Source of the DNA: Fistulifera solaris
Taxonomy: Eukaryota
Direction: 5' to 3'
DNA: 64,000 bases
Assembly: GCA_030295235.1 (NCBI GenBank)
Contig: AP026143.1
Location: forward strand, 558,001-622,000
Numbering within the stretch: the first letter of the stretch is position 1; each line of letters starts with the position of its first letter. Of this stretch, positions 1 through 10,800 are shown in pieces. The notes beneath the pieces were generated by a model. That model searched no databases and was not told the DNA's origin. It worked only from the letters and a program-made list of their open reading frames with translations. The translations under genes and the position numbers were made by a program.

Positions 1-15
1 TCTTTTTGCCCTGGC

Positions 16-612
16 ATGTTTGAGAGGTTAAAACAAATTCTACCCTTGCATCTATCAACCTTTGGTCCCAAATACTCGGTGAAAAAGACAGAGAGGCACT
101 TTCGTTCTTTGACCAATGTCCTTCCTTCTGTGTTAATGAAATCGCTAGCAGAGCTGGTTTGCGTACAACTGCGGTCAAAATCAGACTCCTCCCTTGGGGG
201 ACTTGCGCTCCGGTCGCTGGGTGTCTTCAAAGTACCTTTGCGGGACATACGAGTTTTGGTGGCGGAGGACAATCGTGTGAATCAAAAAGTAATCGAAAAG
301 ATGCTACGTCGTATTGGAACAGAGAGCATCGAAATTGTCGATGACGGTCAAAAGGCCGTTCACAGAGAAGCTAACACTTCGTATGATATCATATTGATGG
401 ATATGCAAATGCCCGTCATGGACGGTGTTGCAGCTTGTCGCGAGATCCTTGGTCGAGAAAATGGGCGACCCAAGCCGAAGATAATTTTTGTCACAGCGCA
501 CGCCGCCGGCGACTATGAAGAAGAGTGCATGAATGCCGGGGCATCGGGATTTATTACGAAGCCATTCAACATGAATGAGATCACAAACGCTTTAATGGCA
601 TGTATAGAATAG
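16..612 (+). CDS. 3' end of a response-regulator receiver-domain protein (probably a hybrid histidine kinase); 5' part outside the window
   Basis: REC motifs LVAEDNRVNQKV, ILMDMQMPVMDG, IFVTA, FITKPF. Confidence 0.8.
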   Translation: MFERLKQILPLHLSTFGPKYSVKKTERHFRSLTNVLPSVLMKSLAELVCVQLRSKSDSSLGGLALRSLGVFKVPLRDIRVLVAEDNRVNQKVIEKMLRRIGTESIEIVDDGQKAVHREANTSYDIILMDMQMPVMDGVAACREILGRENGRPKPKIIFVTAHAAGDYEEECMNAGASGFITKPFNMNEITNALMACIE

Positions 613-964
613 AGATATTATCGCGTTTTGATTTGTTAGTCCTTTCAAAAGCATAGACTACTTTGATGGCTGCAACGTTCCGCTTCAACAAGAACCAATA
701 TTCCTATTAACAAAGCTTACCAGTGCAACTGTTGAATTCAAAAACCTCTCTACTACTACGATGTCGAAGAAGCCTGGAAGCCCTAGTCTACAGCAGTAAT
801 AAAGCTCACAGAATTTCTGACTGATATAATACGCCTTATCCAGAATTAGTGGTGGTCTGTCCTCGTGTCCTACGTCCTACCTAAAAATAATAATTATTTG
901 TTGTTGTTAAAGATCGAATAATTGTTTAGCGGCTTTCTTCATTCCCATAAAAAGAAAGAAAGAA

Positions 965-2367
965 ATGACGTCTATTGCTGTATCAAGACTTCTCACCTCG
1001 TCGCGAACAGCACGCGCACTTGCGGGCCTCGACCGAATCACCGCTACATCACGCTTCTCCACCACAACATCGGAGCGCTCCGGGGACGATGACATCACTC
1101 CCAGTCAAACATTTGTTAAGACTCGCATTCGACCCGGAGAATGGGATCCAGAGACACGTACAAATCTCTCTATCGCCCCAAATTCCGTTCGAGGGCCAAA
1201 ATTTGGAGCGGTGATGATTTTGCGCGTCAACCGACCGTAGGCTTCTCCTCCGAGTACGAATCCTTCGTCGATGCGGCTGTCACGTTGTCATGGTTGACGC
1301 AGAATGATCAAAAGCAAATTTACCGTCTTTATTGTGACATTCTGGAAGCCACGACCGAGGGAAGTCGCACTTCGCATGAATACATAGTTCGAGTCGTCGC
1401 GCAAAAGTTCAATTTGACCCCGGAACGTGTGGCGGCGGTCATTCAGCTTCAGCACAATGAAGAGCAAATGATTCGAAAACAACAAGAAGGCGACGACAGT
1501 GTCAAGCTGTTGACAGAGGCTGCCGAGTACATGGACAACGCCATCCAGCAAGAAATCAACGAAGCGTACCGGGGTTTCGGTTTGAAGAAACCTGATGAAT
1601 TTGTGGAAGACCCAACCTTCATTGGTGTTGGACAGGAGAGCAAGTCATGGAAAGTCATTGATGATCTTTTCGATGTTGATCAGCTCATGAAAGACGCGGC
1701 TGTTCGAGATGAGAGGGAAGCCCGGGTGGCGATTGACGGTTACGTCTATGTTGAAGATGTCGACGAGAGTTCCGTCAAAATTCCCATTTCGAAAGACTGC
1801 CGTGAGCTAATTAAGTCTGTGAATCGCTTCAAAAAGACCGTCTCCAGCGAAGGTGACATCGAATCGATAGATGCACTGCCGAAAGGGGGTGAGCGTCGCG
1901 AACGATGGAAGTTTGTAGCGCAAGTTGTGAATACTCGCCAGCTTCGTCGCCAGCGAGATAGCGACGCCAAGAAGAGAAAGAATCACGCACCAAGGAGCTA
2001 CGCGAACAACGCCCCAGTCAATTCTTTGGTGGAACAAAACGGCTCCGTAAGAGCAGCCACATTGGAAGACGTAAAGCAGACGGCGTGGAAGCCAGTTCGA
2101 CACGTTTGTGAACATATCTATCAAGGGGCAAAACAAGGATGGTTGGATCGGCGCCTACGAGGTGACACAAAAGCATGGGGAAGAGCTCCCCTAGCACCTG
2201 TTACACCACCAAAGGCAGTGTCGGCAGTTGAGAGTACGGAAGAGAAAGAGCCAGTAAACGAGGCGGAAATGGCCCAGGATGCGAACGATGGCGCCGGTAC
2301 TAAGGAAGAAAATAGAGTTTCCGCGGATCAAGGCAACAACACGTCAAAAGACGAGAAACAACAGTAA
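965..2367 (+). CDS. Mitochondrion-targeted protein, possibly mitoribosomal mS45/Bot1-like; one frameshift near 1165
   Basis: R/S/T-rich presequence in ORF 965-1240 joins ORF 1141-2367 after a 1-nt shift; VRVVAQKFNLTPERVAAVIQL resembles the Bot1p/mS45 motif (from memory). Confidence 0.5.
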
Positions 2368-2836
2368 CTTATAGTGGCGAAATAGATTGCTCCAATTTCA
2401 ATTTATGTGGTAAAAGCTACGGCAACTTATTGGCTACGGTATTCAAAGCGTTTTTAGTCATGAGGAGACATTAACCATTGTGACTTGTTTTTTCTGTCTC
2501 ACAAATACCAGACTGTAATCTTATATATCCTGTAAAGTAGTCTTGTTCCGCGCCCAAGAATTCTCCAACTAAGTAAAATCCGTGAATCCATTTATTGAAC
2601 GCTCGTCGAGCCGTTGGTTTAGAAAAATTCAGGTCACCATCTTTCAGCGACGAGGAGGTTATGCTCATTTTTATGCTGAGCTTATCATTCGTTGCCAATC
2701 AATCATACTACTCTCAATAAAACCAATACTCGATTTGTAATTTCTGTCCACGACGTTTGCTAGAGAGGAAACTTCGGAAGCAGTTTTATAGTGAACGGAA
2801 CTCTTTTGCTGATCACAACAGACGACCGAACTCAGG

Positions 2837-3157
2837 ATGAACAATGGACGAGCCGAATCACCGCCTCGTAATCTGATTTTGACAACCGAACAAATTCTGA
2901 AAAATCCACCTCAGGCACCCAAAAGGAAGAAACCCGGACCGCGTGAGTTCGGGGATAATGAATATATTCCGAGTGATCTCATAGCGCCGTGGATGATCCC
3001 AAAATTCGACAACCATAATGAACCTGAATGGGCCTCACCTCGGTTCCTTCCGCGTCGAAGACTTTTTGACGGCGACTATAGAGGCTTTGGCTCGGGTATA
3101 GATCCAGTTGGGAGCTCCTCTAGTGATGAAACAGCGACAAGAAGTACTCGGCATTAA
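2837..3157 (+). CDS. Small hypothetical Pro/basic protein
   Basis: 106-aa ATG ORF in an otherwise intergenic gap; PPQAPKRKK and RRRLF motifs. Confidence 0.5.
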   Translation: MNNGRAESPPRNLILTTEQILKNPPQAPKRKKPGPREFGDNEYIPSDLIAPWMIPKFDNHNEPEWASPRFLPRRRLFDGDYRGFGSGIDPVGSSSSDETATRSTRH

Positions 3158-3351
3158 AAAAAAATGATATGATGCACAGAGACGACCGTTATTTTGCTGC
3201 TATACGCGCTATCGAGAGGATTTTTAGACACATTTAATGTGTTGATTCTTTAAAATAGATCAGTTTTGAGAGTTTTTGCATACAAAGCATTATTGCCCAT
3301 TGAGTATGGTGAGGTAACGTGGTTGGCGCGGCTAAGAAGCGAACATCCAAT

Positions 3352-3951
3352 TTACATGCGCATGCGCTTATTCGATGGTTCCATATCATCGTCGTCTTCG
3401 CGAGACCCATTAAAGTTTTCTGCGCCTGTTTCTGTTGATTCACGGGGCTTTTCTGGCATGTTATAATCGTTTCTTTCGCGCTTCCTTGCTTCTTCAGCCT
3501 TCCGGTCGTGACGCACTTGACCTCCTTTCACTCCGCGTCCAAATTGACGTCCCGGTATAAATCCTGAGTCTAATTCAACCCGAATCACTTGCCCGTCTAA
3601 TTTCGTCGAACTCAGTAGTGACACGGCCGCTAGAGCATCCTCCCGAGAATAGTACTCCACGAAGCAAAAGCCACAAGGCATCTTCTTGTTCCTATCTAGA
3701 CCCATGTGAATTTGTTTTACTGGGCCAAGCTGCGAAAAGTGGGATCGAATGTGGGCTGTACGAGTGCTAAACGCGACGTTACCGACATAGAGCGTGGAAC
3801 TGGTAGTTAATGCTTTCATTTGAGCCTCCGGTGAATCATAATGTGAGCGATCCCAGTAAAGTTTCTTGTCTTCCGCGCTGAAACTCAAATCAGGAGCTCG
3901 AGGAGGGGGCGGTAAGATGAGCTGAGCTGAGGTCAATAGTGAGTTCTCCAT
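3352..3951 (-). CDS. NCBP2: Nuclear cap-binding protein subunit 2 (CBP20)
   Basis: STLYVGNVAF, MGLDRNKKMPCGFCFVEYY, GRQFGRGVKGGQVR. Confidence 0.95.
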   Translation of the reverse strand: MENSLLTSAQLILPPPPRAPDLSFSAEDKKLYWDRSHYDSPEAQMKALTTSSTLYVGNVAFSTRTAHIRSHFSQLGPVKQIHMGLDRNKKMPCGFCFVEYYSREDALAAVSLLSSTKLDGQVIRVELDSGFIPGRQFGRGVKGGQVRHDRKAEEARKRERNDYNMPEKPRESTETGAENFNGSREDDDDMEPSNKRMRM

Positions 3952-4432
3952 TGTTTTATGACGACAACAATTGGATTGGTGGTGTCCGCAAGAGGTGCTA
4001 ATAAACGTTGGTGCTATCGGACAAGTAGTAATGGAGGCCCTTGATTCTTTTCGTATCGCTTTACCAATCAAAGCTTATACCACGGCGTAATCAATCTTGA
4101 AGTTATAGTGAAGAAGGTTATTAAAAGGACAATTGCATGCCGCAACGCAACGCAAGGCAGAGCAAAAACAGAGGAGCAATAAAATACTCCTTACTTGTAG
4201 ACTACAGTAATAAAAATCGCGTCCGCCGTTTAACGACCGGGGAAGATTACCAACGTTAAGGATATGGTTTTGCTATGTGCAAAGCTATATAGGAGCTTTT
4301 GTCGCACTCTCGAGATGATGATCATGCACTAAACTTTGCTTCTTATGAGCAGTAGATTCTTTGCCTTATAATAGTCAGCCTAGTTGGAAATTTACTAGGC
4401 GATCTATTTATAGGAAGCAGATAAAAAGATCC

Positions 4433-5887
4433 TTATAAGCAAAGCGCGAGCGCACTTGGTATAACAATGGAGACCGCAAATTTGAATCTGTCCACGGACG
4501 AGGACAAAGAACTGGTATCTGTTTCATCGTTTGGCGTTTGAGTATCATTGTCGCCTTCGAACTTGGAGTCAATCTCAACGAGGCAGTCGTCTTCTGCTGG
4601 CAAGTCTAATTGTTTCAGGATGTTTTGCATTATTTGAATTTCGTGATTTTGGCGGTTGATGAGCGATCTTATGAGAGATTCCATCACGCATCCCTCACAT
4701 TGTATAGCGTTTGATTTCAGTAAAGCTTTCCCCATATTCACAGCATTCTGGTGATGCGGAATCATGTGGTGTAGAAAGAGTCCGATTTCTGAAGAGGCTG
4801 TCATCCCTGTCGTCATGCCAGCGAACATGTGACAGTTCATGGCGTTGTTACAACCTGCATAAAGTCGCATAGACTCAGAGGCATCCTCCGAGTCACAAAC
4901 AAACGTTAACGGGCACTGCGGATGCGGTAACTGGAAGTCCGCTAGGCCGTGTGTACCGCAAGTCATATCAAAGTCACTGACAACTGGGTTATAGTAGTCC
5001 TCAGGAAGTGCAGGAGTGTCTTGATCGTTCACAGGGACACCGCGCTTCAACAGCTTGATTCGACCGGCCATCATGTTGTGAATGTGACAGTAATAAAAAT
5101 ATCTTCCCCGAACGTCGCATCGTCGAAATTCAGCTCGACGCTCCACTCCCCAGCCACGCCTCGAGCGGTTGAAAGAAGGAGCTACGATATTCACCTAAAC
5201 CATGATCAGGAACCTCTTCCCAGATCCCGAAAGCTCCTTGTCGAAAGGCCAGGGAAGTATTTCCTCTGTTATGAAGAGGCGCTGGACAGGAAAGTGACGC
5301 CATGCACTCTCCGGTTGGCGAATAGTAATGCTCCAGGGAGCCGATCGCCGTCCCATTCATCCCTGTACTCGCACTGTGATTCATGCCCATCATATCGCTT
5401 TGTCTGGTAGATGTAAAATTGCTTCCAGTTGGTGTATTGTTGCCTGTATTGCTAGAGCCTGTGTTCGTTGTGCTGCCGGTGGTAGTGCCGCCCATGCCGT
5501 GACCCGCGTGGCCTCCGCCCATGCTCATATCTCCGTGTGCGTGCGCTCCGTGCGAATCATGCACGTACCCGAAACCGAGAGGATGATAGTAATTCGAAAC
5601 ATGATTCTGAATAAATGTATACTTTTCTCCGATTTCCATGCCGATGGTAGGATTGACTTCGTCGCCACACTCCTCGAATTTGAAGTATCCTGAGAAGCAT
5701 TAAGGACAAATAGCAAGTGAGAGAGGAAAGCTTGAAAGGACGGAAGAGAAAGAAGAGCGATTGTTTGTTACGTACCAAATTCCCCTGCATAGAGGTCAAC
5801 TTGCACTGTATAGATGTTGTTAGGCGAAGTACAGAGAGCTGCGTTTGCGAGCTTGAGAAGTAAAAGATAAGCGAGTGATTTCCACAT
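4433..5887 (-). CDS. Secreted His/Met-rich, cupredoxin-motif + DUF305-like protein, copy A (hydrophobic C-terminal tail)
   Basis: Signal peptide MWKSLAYL; intron 5775-5690; YYCHIHNMMAGRI; MIPHHQNAVNMGK; two homopolymer frameshifts near 5097 and 5150. Confidence 0.75.
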
Positions 5888-7377
5888 TGTCGTCATTGTT
5901 TCGTTTGATTGTAAAGCGCTTTGTATCAAACTAGACTAGTCTATGATGAAGGGTTGCTTGTTGTTTATGGCTTTATTGTGGTCTTCATCGTTTTTGTGTT
6001 GCGTTTCTGCGTGACGCGTGACGCTGTGAGTATGGGAAAAGTTAGGCCTTCCGCTACAAAGTGGATAATAGTATACGTCAACGGATTGCGCAACGGCAAA
6101 AATCGGCTAACTCCTCAGAGTCGCTGGCGCAGTCGTGCATTTTTCAATGGTTCCAGTCTCCAATCCAACCAGTGAAAAGTAAGTACCTATTTTTTTATAT
6201 AAAAAGGTTATAAATAATGAAGCCACTAACAGTCAAAAAGGCCTTTTAATCAACAACGACCCCCCTCTGCTTCGATAAACCAAAACGCAAAGCACATGAT
6301 GAAAAAACACAACTGGCCTAAACCCGTTTACATCATTGTAAAAAGCATTATTTTAGCATTAAGATTGCCTCTTTATTCAAACAAAGCAACGACGACAATG
6401 TGGAAATCACTCGCTTATCTTTCCCTTCTCAAGCTCGCAAACGCAGCTCTCTGTACTTCGCCTGACAACATCTATACAGTGCAAGTTGACCTCTATGCAG
6501 GAGAATTCGGTACGTAACAAACAATCGCTCTTCTTTCTCTTCCGTTCCTTCTCGCTCTCTTCTCTCTCATTCACTCATCATGCTTGTATATTCTCAGGAT
6601 ACTTCAAATTCGAGGAGTGTGGCGACGAAGTCAGTCCTACTATCGGCATGGAAATCGGAGAAAAGTATACGTTTATTCAGAATCATGTTTCGAATTACTA
6701 TCATCCTCTTGGTTTCGGGTACGTGCATGACTCTCACGGAGCACACGCGCACGGAGATATGAGCATGGGCGGAGGCCACGCGAGTCACGACATGGGCGGC
6801 ACTACCACCGGCAGCACAACGAACACAGGCACTAGCAATACAGGCAACAATACACCAACTGGAAGCAATTTTACATCTACCAGACAAAGCGATATGATGG
6901 GCATGAATCACAGTGCGAGTACAGGGATGAATGGGACGGCGATCGGCTCCCTGGAGCATTACTATTCGCCAACCGGAGAGTGCATGGCGTCACTTTCCTG
7001 TCCAGCGCCTCTTCATAACAGAGGAAATACTTCCCTGGCCTTTCGACAAGGAGCTTTCGGGATCTGGGAAGAGGTTCCTGATCATGGTTTAGGTGAATAT
7101 CGTAGCTCCTTCTTTCAACCGCTCGAGGCGTGGCTGGGGAGTGGAGCGTCGAGCTGAATTTCGACGATGCGACGTTCGGGGAAGATATTTTTATTACTGT
7201 CACATTCACAACATGATGGCCGGTCGAATCAAGCTGTTGAAGCGCGGTGTCCCTGTGAACGATCAAGACACTCCTGCACTTCCTGAGGACTACTATAGCC
7301 CAGTTGTCAGTGACTTTGATATGACTTGCGGTACACACGGCCTAGCGGACTTCCAGTTACCGCATCCGCAGTGCCCC
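4908..7377. repeat. Large inverted repeat: arms ~4908-5905 and ~6380-7377 around a ~0.5-kb spacer
   Basis: Reverse-complement near-identity; nearly the same ORF translations appear on both strands (e.g. 4949-5410+ and 6877-7338-). Confidence 0.95.
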
Positions 7378-7767
7378 GATACCTTTGTCTGCAATGCCGA
7401 GCAAATCACAGATCCTTCGCTAGCTAACTTTGTCGAATGTTTGAATGCTATGAACTGTCACATGTTCGCTGGCATGACGACAGGGATGACAGCGTCTTCT
7501 GAGATTGCCTTGTTTTTAAATCAGATGATTCCGCATCACCAAAATGCAGTTAACATGGCCAAACTCTTGCTGAGAAGTGGCAAGGTAACTTGCGATAATC
7601 TTAAAAACGTAGCTGATCCCATGTGTCAGTTGGAAATACTTTTGCGGGGTATTATTGGCGAGCAAAACCACCAAATCCAACTCATGCAACAAGAGTTGAA
7701 ACAATATTCGCCATTGGGGGAATGCGTCGTACATGTCACAGAAACAAGTCGTATATCAAGCAGGTAA
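6398..7767 (+). CDS. Secreted His/Met-rich, cupredoxin-motif + DUF305-like protein, copy B (no hydrophobic tail)
   Basis: Signal peptide; GT-AG intron 6510-6597; MIPHHQNAVNMAK and IIGEQNHQIQLMQ; same two frameshifts near 7138 and 7190. Confidence 0.75.
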
Positions 7768-7819
7768 AGCGTTTTCACTAGCGTCATCTTATAAATTAGA
7801 GTCTTTATAGTTTTCGGCG

Positions 7820-10800
7820 TTATGGTGCTTGTTTTAGACTTTCGACTGCTTGTTGCGGGGTCATGAAATCACAAACTAGAAGCAAGTGTCTGACCTCGTT
7901 ATCGTCTATTTTTGAACCAAGCCACTGTCGCCACTCATCTGGCTTGCATTGTTGAAAGGATTGAAACAAATCAGCGATTTTGGAATGAATTCTTTTGCAT
8001 TTTTCTCGACTTCGCAACTGTAGCTGAATGGGCAAAAGCTTTAAGTAGGGAGTCAAAAATCCTTTAGACCAAGCCGAAACCCGCACCCGAACAGCACATC
8101 CTTTGGGACAGATGATACAATGTCCAAAAACGCAGCCCAGACTGATTCCGTGTAGGAGTAACCCCAGTGGCGAACAGTAACGAAAACATTCTTGTTCATG
8201 TACTGTGCCTCTCGCGGATCATCAAAGCCTTCTCCGTAAACCAGACCGCGGGTCCCGTTATCTCGTTCTGTGTTCGACGCATCACGTTCAAGAAGCAAGG
8301 CAATGTCCTTTCCTCTTCGAAGCAAAATCAAAGGGTGTCTTCTGGCCATGTCGTTAATAATCATAATAGAGCGGAGCTGTCCGTTGGCAATGGACTCTAT
8401 GACTACGTCAATTTTGTCATCCAAGCTTGATGCCCATTCAGTAAAATCTTTCTGATACAACTCTGAAGCCTTCATTAAAAGTAGACGAGTTCGCTCTGGA
8501 TTGAGATCCATCCACAAAGAATGCTTGAGGTACAATTTTAGGAGAAACGAAGAAAGTACCGGTTTCAGCATAAGGTCCGTGTCAGCTTCGATTTCAGCAA
8601 TAATTTTTCGAGTGACTGATTTAAAAGACTGTTTTCCCAAACTAGATACCCACAGTCCGAAATCGAAACCGATCGCAGCGTGACTGTCGTGTGTAGATGC
8701 AGCGCTTTTTAAACAGCACAAAGAAATGTTAATCATTCCTTCAATCGCTTGAGCGTCGAACATTCTTTGATTTGGTGATGAAGTAGTCTGAGCAGGTGAA
8801 CCAAAGGGAACCGGTATTGCATTGATAAGGAACCTCACAACGTTTACTATGTGAACAGCTGCATCGTTTGCGAAACTCATTTCTCTACAGATCCAGTCAA
8901 TGCACTCCGATTGATGAGATGGAGCCCAATTTTCTGTTGCTTTTATTACAAGACTTGACGATACTTTTTCACAAACGCTTAACGAAAACACTGCTCTCCA
9001 TAACTCTGCTGTACCCTTAGTCTTGGTAAGAAGTGGAACCCACTTAAGCAACAACGACAGGTTGTTTTCTTTCCCTTGCTTTTCGTTATACACGCAGCGT
9101 ATCAGTTCCGTTGCACAATCGCACATTTCATTTTGAGATGATTTGTCTACCATCGATGCCAATATGGCTTCGACAACATTGACATTACCTTGTTCGACAC
9201 CTTTTGAAACGCTGACAACCGTTGATGGTATCGTTAGTTTCTGAACTTCCGGTTCCATTACAAACCATTCATTGCGTTCCTTTTTAACTTGAAAAGGAAG
9301 AACGACCTCAAGCGTATCATCTAGATCCGACTTGACCATTTTCGACGAGAATATCGATGGGGTTCGAACCTTTACGCTACTATTCTTCTCTTTCAGTTTC
9401 GCTTCATCGCCTAAGCAGGTCTGTGATAGCCATTTCATGAAAGTAGTTGAGACCTCTGGACTATTGTCGCTCAGATCGATTCCGTGCAAGCTCATGTACG
9501 ATGTTAGACGGCCAAGGAGCTTTCTCGATATCTGGCGCTTTGTTCCTATTCGACCGATATCCCAATGACTAGAGGCAGATGGGACCATTAGTTCTAGGTA
9601 CGTTGCTGTCATGTCAGGAGCTCGTTGTCCTAAACGCCCCAGCCTGTCTACCATAGTTAACAACGAAGCCCTAGGTAACCCAGAACATAGAAGCAACCTT
9701 GGTAGAAACGAAGCAGGAGCAGAAAGTGCAGCCCGTCGAGCAATCGCGTCACTCCGGGCTTTGGCTAACATGATCCACAACTCGACAGGAACTGTAACGT
9801 TTTTCTTGCAACTTGTTTTCGTGTCAACAAACCGCACGTCCGCATCCGTTTCGTTATCACCTTCCGAGTGCTGTTGAAGCAGTGCATCCGCTAAATAATC
9901 GATGTAATTTGCGGAGTCACCCTCAGCTGTTTTAAATTCGTCTTTCCATAAACTCAAAAAAACTGATATCGACTGCACAAGTGACAAAGGTATTTCTTGA
10001 ATGTGATCGTGTGCGACCATGGCTTGATTAAGGTCATGTGTAATTTTGAATTCGTCGGATGTTTGGACGCGCCTCGAAAATTCTTCGAAAATAACTCTGA
10101 TGATAATTGATCGGAGGTCAGTGTAGGAATCTATCGCTTCCGCTAATACACTTGGTCGCTTAGAGATGAGATCAACAACAAGATCTGCAAATCGAAAAGA
10201 AACGTCAATTACATTTTTTTCGGAATACTCAATGATCTGTTGAAGCGATACAATGAGAGACCTAAGTACAGAGCCCCTTTCGAAGGATGCAGCGGTCGCC
10301 TAGACGTTTCGATAGACCATGTCAGTATTACCAAACAACCAGACCACGTAACAAACGTCTCGTACCATGTATTTGACAGCATCTGGGAGAATAGACGACG
10401 CATCTTTCAGAAGCAAAATGCTCCCCATCCAAGACCCCGAACTTGTCGAAGCGTCATTGCAAGCAGGTAGTGATTCTTGGAGAACCCTCCTAGCACATCG
10501 CCGCCGATCGGGATTATGACTGGCGATATCAGAAATGAGAAGCTCAAATGCCTTTACTGTCTCTCCAGTTCCAAATTGCCCCCCTAAGGACTGCTGCACA
10601 TGCCTTAATAACGGAGCAGCCAGGTTCCAGAGCTCCTTCTTTTCATCGCCATCGTTTCCATGCGCTTTCAATAACAAAAAGCAAGACGTGCTGGAATGTA
10701 ATCGCGAAATAATTTCGGGGAACTTGGAAACTATTGGTATGAGCCAGTCATACGCCCGTTCTACTGCTTCGCGAGTAGTATTCCCTATGGTCATTGTAAG

